Part shown: in pieces, positions 17,668-27,764 of the stretch | Numbering within the stretch: the stretch's first letter is position 1 | Layout: the number at the start of each line of letters is the position of its first letter | NCBI GenBank assembly: GCA_964488555.1 | Contig: CAZAUF010000002.1 | Location: 49,407-113,406 of the forward strand | Origin: an uncultured Candidatus Saccharibacteria bacterium | Lineage (GTDB): Bacteria; Patescibacteriota; Saccharimonadia; Saccharimonadales; Saccharimonadaceae | Length of the DNA stretch: 64,000 nt | Reading direction: 5' to 3' | Translations under genes and position numbers: made by a program | The notes under the pieces: model-generated | Database searches by the model: none | The model's input: the letters and a program-made list of their open reading frames with translations, nothing else | Told to the model about the DNA's origin: nothing

Positions 17668-18660
17668 TTATTGGTGTGGGTCGTATGACTCACCTATTCG
17701 CTGCAGATCCTTCATAGCTAAACGATGTAGTGACCTGACGCAGGATTCGCTCACATCAAGCTCCTCTGCAATCTCCGCATACGTCTTTGCCATTCCGCTC
17801 TCGTCGAGACCAAACATGCCTCGCACGATGACTTCTCGTCGCTCTGTCAGTTGTGACAAGAGACCGTCGACAGAAGATGTTTTTGTACTTTTCGAAGACG
17901 GTATTTCCGCTTTGTTTTCAAGCACATCCGCAAGTGTCATATCACCATCTGCACTCAATGGAGCCTCTAGGTAGAGCGGCTCTTGGTTGATATACATCAA
18001 TTCATCGACATGCTCGACCGTCACTTTCATAGCTGTCGCAATTTCTTCGCGAGTGGGTGTTCGGCCAAGCTCACTCGTGAGTTGGTCTTGAATATGCGAC
18101 ATCTTGCTGACTTGTTCGGCATCTATTCTTTGTAATGAGTTCCTCCGCCCCTGGTCATAGAAACTACGTATAATTCTCGTGCGAATCGCACTTGTCGCAT
18201 ATGTGCTGAACTTAAATCCACGCGTGTGGTCGAATTTGCGAGCCGCTTCCAGCAGTGCCAGGTTACCCTCTTGTATCAAATCTGAAAATGGCACGCCTTT
18301 ACCGCGATAGCGTGTGGCTACCGGTAATACCAATCGCAAATTCGCCGTCACCATGGTTTCGATGGCACGACGACCAACGAGCATGGAAAGTTTAAGTGTT
18401 CGCTTTTCTTCGCTTGTCAGTACCGTTTCTGCCGCAAGCGTAGCTTCCGCTTGTTTGCCCGCTTCAATGTCTTTTGCGAGCGCAGCTTCCTCTTCTTTGC
18501 TCAGACGTGCGATTTTTCCCGATCTATCCAGGTAGAGACCCACACCATCAACCGTCTCGCTTTCGTGCAATTCGTCCGCATCGAAAAAAACGACCTCTTC
18601 ATCGTGTCGCTCATCATATCTCTTTGATACGGTTATCTCTGCGCTCATGGTCTTAGTCAT
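17668..18660 (-). CDS. RNA polymerase sigma-70 family factor (divergent paralogue)
   Basis: ANLRLVLPVATRYRGKGVPFSDLIQEGNLALLEAARKFD (region 2) and a region 4 HTH are present. Region 2.4 is divergent (YATSAIRTRIIRSF). Confidence 0.75.
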   Translation of the reverse strand: MTKTMSAEITVSKRYDERHDEEVVFFDADELHESETVDGVGLYLDRSGKIARLSKEEEAALAKDIEAGKQAEATLAAETVLTSEEKRTLKLSMLVGRRAIETMVTANLRLVLPVATRYRGKGVPFSDLIQEGNLALLEAARKFDHTRGFKFSTYATSAIRTRIIRSFYDQGRRNSLQRIDAEQVSKMSHIQDQLTSELGRTPTREEIATAMKVTVEHVDELMYINQEPLYLEAPLSADGDMTLADVLENKAEIPSSKSTKTSSVDGLLSQLTERREVIVRGMFGLDESGMAKTYAEIAEELDVSESCVRSLHRLAMKDLQRIGESYDPHQ

Positions 18661-18744
18661 TCAATATACGCTGCTTGCCGCATATAGCAAGCATAAGCAT
18701 AGGCATTTGACCCCTATTTCTACTCAGCGTAGTATGAAAAGACA

Positions 18745-19449
18745 ATGTCAGAAACGCTTCATATCGCCATCATACCCGACGGCAACCGCCGTTGGGCAAA
18801 ACAAGGCGGCCTGAAGGGCTATTATGATCTCTACCAGCGCGGCGTCGATGGACTGCTCGACATCACAGAGGCGGCTTTCGATAACGACGTCACTCACTTG
18901 TCACTCTGGGGCAGCTCTCACTCCAATATGGCAAACCGTTCGTCTGACTTTGCAAGCAATATCGATCGCGTATTTCGTGACAATATCGACCGCTTTGCCA
19001 CTCACCCTGTCATAGAAAAGTACGACGTCAAAATCGATATCATCGGCGAATGGCGTGACAGTTTGACCTCAGAAACCGTCAAAGCAATGGAGAGTGCCAT
19101 CGTCAAAACGGCACATCGCAAAGGTCGCGTGCTGACGCTTCTCATCGACTACAGCGGCACTCGGGAGCGAAAAGCCGCCGTAGAGTCGCTCATCGCTGAT
19201 CCTGTCAGCAGCACCCCTGCCGAACAGCTACTCCGCTCGCGTTCCTGGACCGGCCACTTGCCAGAGCTTGATCTTGTCGTCAGAACCGGATCTTGGACCG
19301 ATCCGCACAATAGCGCAGGCTTTATGAGTCTGCTTGCAGATGAGGTACAGTATGCTTTTCCTGAGCTGCTCTGGCCAGATTTTACCGGCAATCACCTCCA
19401 GGCTATCATCAAAGATTTTCACTCGCGAGAACGTCGTCGCGGCAAATAA
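18745..19449 (+). CDS. uppS: isoprenyl transferase (undecaprenyl-diphosphate synthase family)
   Basis: IIPDGNRRWA motif and cis-prenyltransferase layout. Confidence 0.88.
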   Translation: MSETLHIAIIPDGNRRWAKQGGLKGYYDLYQRGVDGLLDITEAAFDNDVTHLSLWGSSHSNMANRSSDFASNIDRVFRDNIDRFATHPVIEKYDVKIDIIGEWRDSLTSETVKAMESAIVKTAHRKGRVLTLLIDYSGTRERKAAVESLIADPVSSTPAEQLLRSRSWTGHLPELDLVVRTGSWTDPHNSAGFMSLLADEVQYAFPELLWPDFTGNHLQAIIKDFHSRERRRGK

Positions 19450-19468
19450 TCTGATACAATAGACGGTA

Positions 19469-20047
19469 ATGTCTGAGCGTAAAGATGTAAAAATCGTCGC
19501 CTTCGTCGGATTACCGGGCGTAGGCAAAAGTTCTGCTGTCGACTACCTAACCGAGAAAGGTTATCCAAAAGTTTACTTCGGCGGCGTTGTATTGCAGGCT
19601 TTAAAGGACGCACAAATGGACGATACTCCTGCCAATGAAAGGTACATGCGTGAAAAGCTCCGCGCAGATGAAGGTAAGGACGTCATCGCCAACCGTATCG
19701 TCAAGCAAATACGTGATCTTATAGATGCAGGTCAACGTCGAATCATTGCAGATGGACTCTATAGTTGGACTGAGTATAAAATTCTCAAACATGAGTTTCC
19801 TGGAGAGTTGACTGTCGTTGCCATCGTCGCACCCAAGCATCTGCGGCACCGTCGACTTGCCACGCGTCCAATACGCCCACTTACGGCCACGCAAGCCAAT
19901 GAACGTGACTGGTCAGAGATCGAAAATCTTGAAAAAGGCGGTCCAATTGCGATTGCAGACCATACGATCATCAACAACAAAGACTTGGATCATTTATACT
20001 CCCAGCTCGACGACGAACTGAACCATATAAAGTTCTATACAAATTAA
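19469..20047 (+). CDS. P-loop nucleotide/nucleoside kinase-like protein (dephospho-CoA-kinase / dNMP-kinase-like)
   Basis: Walker A GLPGVGKSS near the N-terminus. Its ~190 aa size fits small kinases. Specificity is unknown. Confidence 0.5.
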   Translation: MSERKDVKIVAFVGLPGVGKSSAVDYLTEKGYPKVYFGGVVLQALKDAQMDDTPANERYMREKLRADEGKDVIANRIVKQIRDLIDAGQRRIIADGLYSWTEYKILKHEFPGELTVVAIVAPKHLRHRRLATRPIRPLTATQANERDWSEIENLEKGGPIAIADHTIINNKDLDHLYSQLDDELNHIKFYTN

Positions 20048-20071
20048 AGCTCCGCCGAAAAGCGGAGCTTT
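20046..20071. terminator. bidirectional terminator between convergent genes
   Basis: AAAGCTCCGC / GCGGAGCTTT stem with loop CGAAAA. Confidence 0.65.
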
Positions 20072-20090
20072 ACTGTTGATTTTCGAGCAC

Positions 20091-21095
20091 TTAACTCAGA
20101 TATTCGTGCAACTTCTTCGCGTCCTTGTGCTTGCGTAGTTTCGCAAGTGCTTTGGCTTCGATTTGACGAATACGCTCACGAGTCACGGCAAATTCCTGTC
20201 CCACCTCTTCGAGTGTGTGCGATTTGCCGTTTTCCAGTCCGAAACGCATCTTAATGATTTTTTGCTCGCGGTCACTCAGAGTTGAGAGTACGGACTGAAC
20301 TTGCTCTTTGAGCAGTTGTTCGGTGGCGGAATCCTGTGGCGTCTTGCCGTCTTCGTCTTCGATGAACTCGCCGAGAGTACTGTCTTCATCCTCACCATCA
20401 CGACCGACACCAGCGTCAAGCGACGTGATGTCCTGCTTGATCTTGATGACATACTCTACCTTTTCCGGCTCCATTTCCAGCTCTTTTGCTAACTCTTCGA
20501 TAGTTGGCTCGCGGTTAAGCTCCTGTGTCATACGACGCTGAGTGCGCAACAGTTTGTTGATCGTCTCGACCATATGCACGGGTATACGAATCGTGCGTGC
20601 CTGGTCAGCAATAGCGCGAGTGATCGCTTGGCGAATCCACCAAGTCGCATAGGTACTAAACTTAAAGCCCTTGTCCGGATCAAACTTTTCAACCGCACGC
20701 AACAGACCTGTATTACCCTCTTGGATAAGGTCCAGAAAATCAAGCCCGCGGCCGCTGTAACGTTTGGCAATCGACACAACCAGACGCATGTTCGCCTCGG
20801 CCATCTTGTCTTTTGCACGCTTGTCGCCGGCTACGACTTTTTGTGCCAGTGCCAATTCCTCTTCACTGGTCAGAAGTGGAATTTTGCCAATTTCACGTAG
20901 GTACAATCTCACGCTATCATCGCTGATATCATCGAAATACTGGCTGTTATTCAGCGTCTCGTCGTCGATTTCTTCCTCTTCCTCGAGCTCGTCCAGCACT
21001 GGCTCTTCAATGTCAGTGATGTCTTTTGTCGTTTCTTCGGGCGCGTCCGTAATGTGATCGTCCCTTACTTGCAGATCATCGTCATTATCTGGCAT
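20091..21095 (-). CDS. rpoD: primary RNA polymerase sigma factor
   Basis: Acidic N-terminus and the canonical [34 protein letters not shown] string. Lies directly downstream of dnaG with a 1-nt overlap. Confidence 0.9.
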   Translation of the reverse strand: MPDNDDDLQVRDDHITDAPEETTKDITDIEEPVLDELEEEEEIDDETLNNSQYFDDISDDSVRLYLREIGKIPLLTSEEELALAQKVVAGDKRAKDKMAEANMRLVVSIAKRYSGRGLDFLDLIQEGNTGLLRAVEKFDPDKGFKFSTYATWWIRQAITRAIADQARTIRIPVHMVETINKLLRTQRRMTQELNREPTIEELAKELEMEPEKVEYVIKIKQDITSLDAGVGRDGEDEDSTLGEFIEDEDGKTPQDSATEQLLKEQVQSVLSTLSDREQKIIKMRFGLENGKSHTLEEVGQEFAVTRERIRQIEAKALAKLRKHKDAKKLHEYLS

Positions 21096-22855
21096 TATTT
21101 CTCTCCTCTTATAAGTGTGCTTAGTTGGCGTAAATATTCTTTTGCAGCAGCTTCGTCGCCACGCTCCAAGGCGGCTTCTTGTTGCTGTAGCAGATATTCT
21201 TTGCTGTTCGTTTTTTGGTAGTTTGCTTGCAACGATCGCAGGGCTTCGGTGGCTGTACTAACGCGATTTTCTTCGCTCCAGTTCACACCATCTACGTCGG
21301 GTTTTACTAACAACATTGTAACATATTCTATATAGTTTTGTAAGCTCTCTGGAACTTGGTCCACCACATTTCCCCTGTTTTGTGCGATATACGATGCCAC
21401 GGCCTGTCGATAATCGCCTCGAAAAACTTTTGGATCAACACCTGCTATCTGCTCCTGCACTCTCACGTCGACAAGCGCGACGGCAAGGAGTGTGTCCTGT
21501 ATGGGGTCTGGTGTTATGACAATTGACGCTTCATGCTTGCCAGACTTCACCGTGCGGCGAGGCTTAGCTTGCTCTTCATCAGAAGTCATCATTTTAGCGA
21601 CCAACGCCTTGCGTGTCGTATCAGTCATAGCTGCTATTTTCGTAAGATAGTGATCTTGCTCTACGGGATCTTTCAGCATGCGCACTATACGCAAAGCGGC
21701 AGTCGTAAAAGCTCGCTTACCAGCTATTGCTTTGATGTCTTCTCTGGCTGCGAACTGTTCTATAACCCAATCCACGACCGGCTGTGATGAATCGATGGCA
21801 TTTTTCCATAGCTTAGGATCGCGCTGGATCAGCTCATCAGGATCTTTCGCTTCGTCTGGCAGTGTCACGATAGTGAGCTCCACACCGACAGATTGAGCAA
21901 TGGGAATCGCACGTTCAGTCGCCGCGACGCCTGCTTTGTCTCCATCAAATGCCAGCTTGATATGAGATGTCAAACGATTCAATGCACGAAGATGATGATC
22001 AGTCATGGCGGTACCGGCCGTCGCGACGACGGCTTGCATGTCTACTTGATGGCTACTCACTACATCCAAATTCCCCTCTACTATGACCACGTGGTCAGCC
22101 TTCCGAATTGCTTCTTTGGCTTGTGAAAGTCCAAACACATGGCGACTTTTGTCGTATAGCAATGTTTGTGGAGTATTCAGGTATTTCGGTGCGCCTGGGT
22201 CGTCCTTGATGATGCGTCCGGTAAACCCAATAACCTGACCGGTTCCATCCATGAGCGGTACCATCATACGACCTCGGTAAAGATCTCCTCCGAAACGGTT
22301 CGTGAGACCGGCATCCTTGATCTCTTGCTTACTAAAGCCCTTTTTGGCAAGGAATCCCACGAGTGCATCGTTGCTATCCGGTGCGTATCCTATACGAAAA
22401 TCTTGAACAACTTTTTTACTCAACCCCCGTTTTCTAAAGATGTACTCCTGTGCGTGGGTATTACTGAGGAGGCTTTTCTGGTAGTACGTCGCTGCTAATT
22501 CATTTGCTTCAAAAAGTCGCTTCTTGCGCTGAGCGAGGTCCTTTGATCCGCTACTTTGATAGAGTGATAGATCAACACCTGCTCGTCGCGCAAGCAATTC
22601 CAGCGTTTGGCGAAAATCCAAACCTTCGACTTCCATGACGAAACTGAAAAGATCACCACCCTTCCCCGAGCTAAAATCATGCCATATGTGCTTGTCGGGG
22701 CTGACGAAAAAACTCGGCGTCTTTTCTCCCGAAAACGGACTGAGACCCTTGAAGTTACGTCCTGCACGCTTGAGCTGTACATACTCGCCTATCACATCTT
22801 CGATGTTGAGTCTGGCGCGTACTTCCTCTTTAGCATCGTCACGCATATTTTGCAT
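21095..22855 (-). CDS. dnaG: DNA primase (zinc-ribbon ligands substituted)
   Basis: EKTPSF motif and a TOPRIM region ([17 protein letters not shown]). The CHC2 positions read S, S, D, S. Confidence 0.88.
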   Translation of the reverse strand: MQNMRDDAKEEVRARLNIEDVIGEYVQLKRAGRNFKGLSPFSGEKTPSFFVSPDKHIWHDFSSGKGGDLFSFVMEVEGLDFRQTLELLARRAGVDLSLYQSSGSKDLAQRKKRLFEANELAATYYQKSLLSNTHAQEYIFRKRGLSKKVVQDFRIGYAPDSNDALVGFLAKKGFSKQEIKDAGLTNRFGGDLYRGRMMVPLMDGTGQVIGFTGRIIKDDPGAPKYLNTPQTLLYDKSRHVFGLSQAKEAIRKADHVVIVEGNLDVVSSHQVDMQAVVATAGTAMTDHHLRALNRLTSHIKLAFDGDKAGVAATERAIPIAQSVGVELTIVTLPDEAKDPDELIQRDPKLWKNAIDSSQPVVDWVIEQFAAREDIKAIAGKRAFTTAALRIVRMLKDPVEQDHYLTKIAAMTDTTRKALVAKMMTSDEEQAKPRRTVKSGKHEASIVITPDPIQDTLLAVALVDVRVQEQIAGVDPKVFRGDYRQAVASYIAQNRGNVVDQVPESLQNYIEYVTMLLVKPDVDGVNWSEENRVSTATEALRSLQANYQKTNSKEYLLQQQEAALERGDEAAAKEYLRQLSTLIRGEK

Positions 22856-22911
22856 ATCTGTATTGTAACACTCTTTACCTCTGTAATCGGTTATGCTTTA
22901 ATGTAAAGGAC

Positions 22912-23679
22912 ATGGACCCAAACCAACAACCGAATCAGGCACCCTCTCCCTCTCCTGCGCCACAGCCAGGCGGACCCCAGTCGCCCACGACTCCGGTTGC
23001 AGCACCATACACACCATCGGCACAGGTGCCCTATCAGCAACCTACACCGCAGCCCCCTACTAGTTATGGTGTCGAGCCACAGCCAGCATACGATCCAAAC
23101 TATCTGGACTCTATCGCACCCGTAGCACCTCGACCGACATTTTTCAGTGGTAGCTTCGGCAAAATATTTTTTGCCATGATTGGGGTATTCGTCTTGGCTG
23201 TCAGCCTCATTATTGCATTTAGCGGCAAGGACAACACCGCGGATCTGCAGCAAATTGCCGTAAGGCTCGACAATCTCATCAAAGTAGTCAAAAAAGTACA
23301 GCCTGACTTAAAAAGCAATAATCTTTCAACGACGAATAGTAACTACACTATTTGGATGACAGACAGCCTGCGAGACGCAAACGATTTATTGAGTCAGGCC
23401 GGTGTCAAGAAAACCCAGTACAACAAAGAGATGGTCTCAGAAGAGGCGACGCTGGCTGACGAACTAGCCGAAACATTCGAAGATGCACGCCTCAATGCAA
23501 CTCTTGATCGCGTCTATGCACGTACTATGGCATCAGAAGCAGAAAAGTTGATGAACATGTTTAACCTGATGGCGAAGCAAAGTGGCGCACCAGCCATACG
23601 CGACTACGCCAAAACAAGCAGTGCAAACCTGGAACCTATTCAAAAATCATTCGATGACTACATCGATGACGGCAACTAA
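22912..23679 (+). CDS. hypothetical single-pass membrane protein with Pro-rich N-terminus
   Basis: About 80 aa of P/Q-rich sequence, then the TM segment IFFAMIGVFVLAVSLIIAF, then a helical C-terminal domain. Confidence 0.5.
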   Translation: MDPNQQPNQAPSPSPAPQPGGPQSPTTPVAAPYTPSAQVPYQQPTPQPPTSYGVEPQPAYDPNYLDSIAPVAPRPTFFSGSFGKIFFAMIGVFVLAVSLIIAFSGKDNTADLQQIAVRLDNLIKVVKKVQPDLKSNNLSTTNSNYTIWMTDSLRDANDLLSQAGVKKTQYNKEMVSEEATLADELAETFEDARLNATLDRVYARTMASEAEKLMNMFNLMAKQSGAPAIRDYAKTSSANLEPIQKSFDDYIDDGN

Positions 23680-23688
23680 CCGGATCTG

Positions 23689-24024
23689 CTATAGTGTCCC
23701 GCCTACAAGCTGGTAGCTCAGGCGGGTCAAGTCAAATATTTCATCGTCGGTCAGCTGACCACTGCATATAATTGTGTTCCAATGCTTTTTATTCAGGTGA
23801 TAGCCTGGTAAAACACTTTCGTACTTTTCACGAAGATGTTCGGCCAGCTGCGGATCACACTTTAGGCTGACTCTGAGTGGCGTACTACCTTCCGCGACGA
23901 TCGCGACAATTTTTCCATCTGGTTTATCGCCGTATTTATACACAGCAGTACCTTCGCCAAACGGATAGTCCAGCCAGACCTTTGGCAATTCAAGTATGAA
24001 TTCTTCGAATTCTTTATGTGTCAT
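23689..24024 (-). CDS. MmcQ/YjbR-family protein
   Basis: 111 aa; LDYPFGEGTAVYKYG...KIVAIV and the overall pattern fit the YjbR family. Confidence 0.6.
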   Translation of the reverse strand: MTHKEFEEFILELPKVWLDYPFGEGTAVYKYGDKPDGKIVAIVAEGSTPLRVSLKCDPQLAEHLREKYESVLPGYHLNKKHWNTIICSGQLTDDEIFDLTRLSYQLVGGTL

Positions 24025-24569
24025 AGCCGTACTTTACCCAGATAGTACTTCAATTCCATTATACTGCCACGAACGTCATCGATTGCACGGTGCATCTCTG
24101 GTTTTGCGAATCTTTTGTCGTATTTACCGTCAAACACAACCTTCCAGGCACTGACATCAAGCATGCGGTAGTGCAAGCGAGCGTTAAATCGCGTCCACTC
24201 GTTTTCGATAAACTTGCGGTCTTGGTGAATCGAATTACCTGCCAGGATAACTCGCTCGTCCGCATCAAAATGCTTGTCGATAAACTCCAGTAGTTCATTT
24301 TCGACCGTTCGACCGTTTTTTGCCCTGTCAGAGTTGTTCTGGGCGATGAGCGCGTCACGTACCTCGGGAAACTTGTCCCAAAAATCCGGTGCCGCTTTCA
24401 TGCGTTTCGCAACGAGGTTCGGTCCGACTTTTTTGGCTGCTTCGTACGTGGCTATCTCTTTAAAATCCCAGTCTGTCGCAATAGCAGCAACTTCAAGTAT
24501 CCGATCCTCAACAGGATCAAGTCCAGTCATCTCCAAATCAATCCATAACACCTTGGCGCGTTTCGTCAT
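24021..24569 (-). CDS. orn: oligoribonuclease
   Basis: LWIDLEMTGLDP...ILEVAAI is DEDDh exonuclease motif I; HRAIDD is motif III. Confidence 0.88.
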   Translation of the reverse strand: MTKRAKVLWIDLEMTGLDPVEDRILEVAAIATDWDFKEIATYEAAKKVGPNLVAKRMKAAPDFWDKFPEVRDALIAQNNSDRAKNGRTVENELLEFIDKHFDADERVILAGNSIHQDRKFIENEWTRFNARLHYRMLDVSAWKVVFDGKYDKRFAKPEMHRAIDDVRGSIMELKYYLGKVRL

Positions 24570-24586
24570 AGGACCATTATACAGAT

Positions 24587-24985
24587 TTACGAGTGGCTTG
24601 GGTCAAACTTCAAACTCAACGAGTTGATACAGTATCGTTGGTCTGTCGGCGTGCCGTAGCCTTCTCCCTCGAACACGTGTCCCAAATGACTACCACATGC
24701 GGCACATGTGACCTCTGTCCGACTCATACCTAAACTATCGTCTGGACTCAGCACCACGGTTCCAGGAATCGCATCATAAAAGCTTGGCCAGCCACAGTGT
24801 GCATCAAATTTTTTGTCACTTTCGAATAGCCTTGCTCCGCATGCACCGCAGCTGTAGGTGCCAGGATCAAACACACTGTCATACTTACCACTAAACGCTG
24901 GCTCCGTGCCCTTTTCTCGTAGCACATGGTACTGTTCGGGCGTGAGCTCTTTTCTCCATTGCTGGTCAGTTTTAGCCACCTTCAT
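24587..24985 (-). CDS. msrB: peptide-methionine (R)-S-oxide reductase
   Basis: Two CxxC pairs and GHVF...RYCINS. Confidence 0.95.
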   Translation of the reverse strand: MKVAKTDQQWRKELTPEQYHVLREKGTEPAFSGKYDSVFDPGTYSCGACGARLFESDKKFDAHCGWPSFYDAIPGTVVLSPDDSLGMSRTEVTCAACGSHLGHVFEGEGYGTPTDQRYCINSLSLKFDPSHS

Positions 24986-25078
24986 ACTTCCATTTTACAA
25001 GGTATGGACGGTTCAATCACGCCTACAACAAATATTGCAGAGAAGTACAGAACAAGATATCTGATTGCGAACAGCTGT

Positions 25079-25501
25079 TTATTTTTTCTTATCGAGCTGA
25101 TCCAGCTTGGCTACTTTCACCAAAATATAGACGACAAAAATCGTTGCGGTGAGCGTAATCACTGATGAAAGAGCGGCACCCCATTGAAAATCAGCCGTAC
25201 GCCCCCATAGTTCAACATGCCATGTCTGCTGCTCGAGGTTGTCATGCGTACCCACAAGAAACTGTACGATCGGCGTAATAAATCCTTCGACGATTGTCTT
25301 TACAGTTCCACTGGCGACCGTACCAATCGCGAGACCAACTGCCAAGCCGACGATTCCTTGCGTGCGTATAAAATCAATGAAGCCGGATGCGTGTCCGGCG
25401 GCTTTTTTGACGACAGCCTTTTCTCTTGCGGTACGTGCTCTCTCGGCGGCGCGCGCTTTGGCCGCTGCGACCTTGCGCTTTGCTGACTTAGTATCTGCCA
25501 T
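25079..25501 (-). CDS. mscL: large-conductance mechanosensitive channel with basic N-terminal extension
   Basis: GFIDFIRTQGIVGLAVGLAIGT matches the MscL TM1 region. ATG at 25501 has GGAG 11 nt upstream. About 37 Lys/Ala/Arg-rich residues precede the conserved core. Confidence 0.8.
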   Translation of the reverse strand: MADTKSAKRKVAAAKARAAERARTAREKAVVKKAAGHASGFIDFIRTQGIVGLAVGLAIGTVASGTVKTIVEGFITPIVQFLVGTHDNLEQQTWHVELWGRTADFQWGAALSSVITLTATIFVVYILVKVAKLDQLDKKK

Positions 25502-25566
25502 ACTTCTCATATCTCCATTCATCTGGTAATATTTCTTATTCTATAAGTTCTCTCAGATGTATACAA

Positions 25567-25604
25567 GCGGTCAGGAGGGGGTGGTGTGTGCCCCTCCTGA
25601 CCGC
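25567..25604. other. perfect 14-bp GC-rich hairpin in the mscL upstream region
   Basis: GCGGTCAGGAGGGG (25567-25580) pairs with CCCCTCCTGACCGC (25591-25604). The loop is 10 nt and no T-run follows on either strand. Confidence 0.6.
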
Positions 25605-25696
25605 AGTGACGATAACCCTGTTTAGGTGTCTCGCCACCGATGCCAGGATCACCAGCATCGAAGTAATGTACGCCGCGCGGATGGTAAGCCCTCGAA

Positions 25697-25722
25697 CAAA
25701 AAATCTCGCCGGTGTCGGCGAG
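25697..25722 (-). terminator. rho-independent terminator about 115 nt downstream of argS
   Basis: Minus strand reads CTCGCCG-acac-CGGCGAG followed by ATTTTTTGTT. Confidence 0.6.
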
Positions 25723-25837
25723 TTGTTCTGTGCGGTGAAAACAGGAACTAACTCGCCGGAACGCCAATAATCACGAGGAGAGCCTCGCGGTTAGTGATTG
25801 CGTTTTGGCGGAAGTTATTTCCCATGCATTCAGAATA

Positions 25838-27472
25838 CTATATTTTTTCAGGGGCGGCAATGCCGAGAATCATGAGTCCTGCGCGTAATGTGTCTGCATA
25901 TACTGCTACTAGTCCTGCGCGATGCGCTTCATGCTCGCTGCCGACCACCTGGTTTTTTTCGTAGTATCTGTTAAATTCCTGCGCTAGCTCAAACAAGTAG
26001 CTACAAATATGATGTGGTTCAAGCGTCCGCGTAGCAAGCTCCACCACTTCGCGATATTCTCCCATCTTCCGTACCAGCATACGATCTTCGTCGTGGACTT
26101 CTGTCGGTCGCTGTATGTCGCCACTGGAGACTTTTTCCAAAATACGACGTGCCCTCGCATGTGCATACTGCAAGTAACTTCCCGTGTTACCGGTCAAGCT
26201 CACCGCATCATTTACGTCAAATACCACATCTCCGCCAATCTTTACCTTGAGGAACTGATATCGGAGGGCACCTGCGATAATGTCATCGGTCGGATCACCG
26301 CCTCGCTCCGTAATAGCGTGTCTAAACTGGTCGAACAGCCAGTCTATCTCGATGACTTCTCCGGTTCGAGAACTCATCTTGCCCGTCGTTAGCTTGACTA
26401 GGCCTGTCGGATAATTCTTCAATTTACCCTTCAGCTCAGGTATCGCAAGCTCGCTAGCCGCGATGACACCCTTGAAATATGCAGCTTGTTCTCCGCCAGT
26501 CACGACAATACTTTCATCCATATTCGGATAGTCCGCATACTTCAGTCGAATCAATCCCATATCGTGCGCACCATAGAGACCATTTCCATGCGAACCAATA
26601 TAGACGTTGTCAAATGATCCGTATTTGCTGCCCTCAAACACATACGCACCATCAGACTTAGTAAACACCTCTGGCGTGTGTTCGATGATTAACCTTTTCC
26701 CTGGCTCTTCTGTTTCACTTTCCACATACCGACGCTCTGTCGGCACGTTACCAAGTCGTGCTACGATAGCATCGATTTCGTCGTAGCTCCATTTCGCACA
26801 CAGGTCATACACAGCTTTATATGTCGGATCATCGAGCACAAACGACTGTTTTGCTAGTTCGTCTACTTCTTTTTTTACCTCTTCGGACTCTTTTGCCGCT
26901 CTTGACCCGTCGGCATACATTCGACTCATGAACCGGTTGCGCTCATCCGCTGGTATAGCTTCCAGTTTGGAGATGTCTCCATCTGTTTCACGTAGGATTG
27001 CCCACATACTCTTCCCCACATGCGTCCCTACGTCGCCATGATAGCTCACGCGATGTACTTTCGCACCGTCGACGGCTAGGAGGTTCGCTATCGTGTCGGC
27101 CAAGATTGCGTTATACGCATGTCCGATATGCATAGCCTTGAATGGGTTGGGGTTGTTTGTCTCGATGACAACCGTCTGCCCAGCCCGTCCTGGTATTGGT
27201 TCGCGTCTCGTCAAATCGAGTAGTGCCTCACGAGACAAAGTGAGGTTGATGAATCCAGGACCTGCGACCTCTACTTGTTCAAACTCGCCAGTCTCGCGGA
27301 GCCTCTCTGCTAGTCGCTCGGCGATTTCGCGCGGTGGCTTGCCAACTCGACCTGCCAGTTGCATTGCCACATTGGTGGCATAGTCGCCAAACTGAGGTTC
27401 AGGGCGCGTCAAGGTCACGATGACATTCACATCGAATTCATCTGCGACCAGCTGAGCAATTTTTGTATCCAT
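25838..27472 (-). CDS. argS: arginine--tRNA ligase
   Basis: Class I HIGH motif (AMHIGHAYN), the ArgS N-terminal add-on domain and the DALR-type C-terminus. Confidence 0.93.
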   Translation of the reverse strand: MDTKIAQLVADEFDVNVIVTLTRPEPQFGDYATNVAMQLAGRVGKPPREIAERLAERLRETGEFEQVEVAGPGFINLTLSREALLDLTRREPIPGRAGQTVVIETNNPNPFKAMHIGHAYNAILADTIANLLAVDGAKVHRVSYHGDVGTHVGKSMWAILRETDGDISKLEAIPADERNRFMSRMYADGSRAAKESEEVKKEVDELAKQSFVLDDPTYKAVYDLCAKWSYDEIDAIVARLGNVPTERRYVESETEEPGKRLIIEHTPEVFTKSDGAYVFEGSKYGSFDNVYIGSHGNGLYGAHDMGLIRLKYADYPNMDESIVVTGGEQAAYFKGVIAASELAIPELKGKLKNYPTGLVKLTTGKMSSRTGEVIEIDWLFDQFRHAITERGGDPTDDIIAGALRYQFLKVKIGGDVVFDVNDAVSLTGNTGSYLQYAHARARRILEKVSSGDIQRPTEVHDEDRMLVRKMGEYREVVELATRTLEPHHICSYLFELAQEFNRYYEKNQVVGSEHEAHRAGLVAVYADTLRAGLMILGIAAPEKI

Positions 27473-27502
27473 TGCTCACAATTATAACAGATAACAAGGG
27501 GT

Positions 27503-27700
27503 TTAGACGTCTGCTTCGAAATCAAATTCCTGGCTTGCCTGCGCTTCTATCTCTGCCAGTTCGTACTGACTTTCAAGTGCTTCGCCCAAGACACCGCCCG
27601 ATACGGCACTAATGCCTTTGATGTTGTGAAGCAGATATCGCAACACACGGTTGTCATCATGATAGTTTACTGGTTCGTTGTTGGTACTAAAGTTGTTCAT
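27503..27700 (-). CDS. hypothetical small acidic protein
   Basis: 65-aa ORF between pyrG and argS on the same strand. No recognisable domain. Confidence 0.35.
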   Translation of the reverse strand: MNNFSTNNEPVNYHDDNRVLRYLLHNIKGISAVSGGVLGEALESQYELAEIEAQASQEFDFEADV

Positions 27701-27764
27701 GCTGTTTATGTTTTACCTTTATAGATAGATACATAATAGCACTTGTGTTTAAAAATGTCAAGTC

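Noticed and set aside
25519-25767. 82-aa minus-strand and 60-aa plus-strand ORFs in the argS-mscL spacer
   Set aside because: They overlap a terminator and strong hairpins. They have no RBS and an odd composition, so the region is better explained as non-coding structured RNA.
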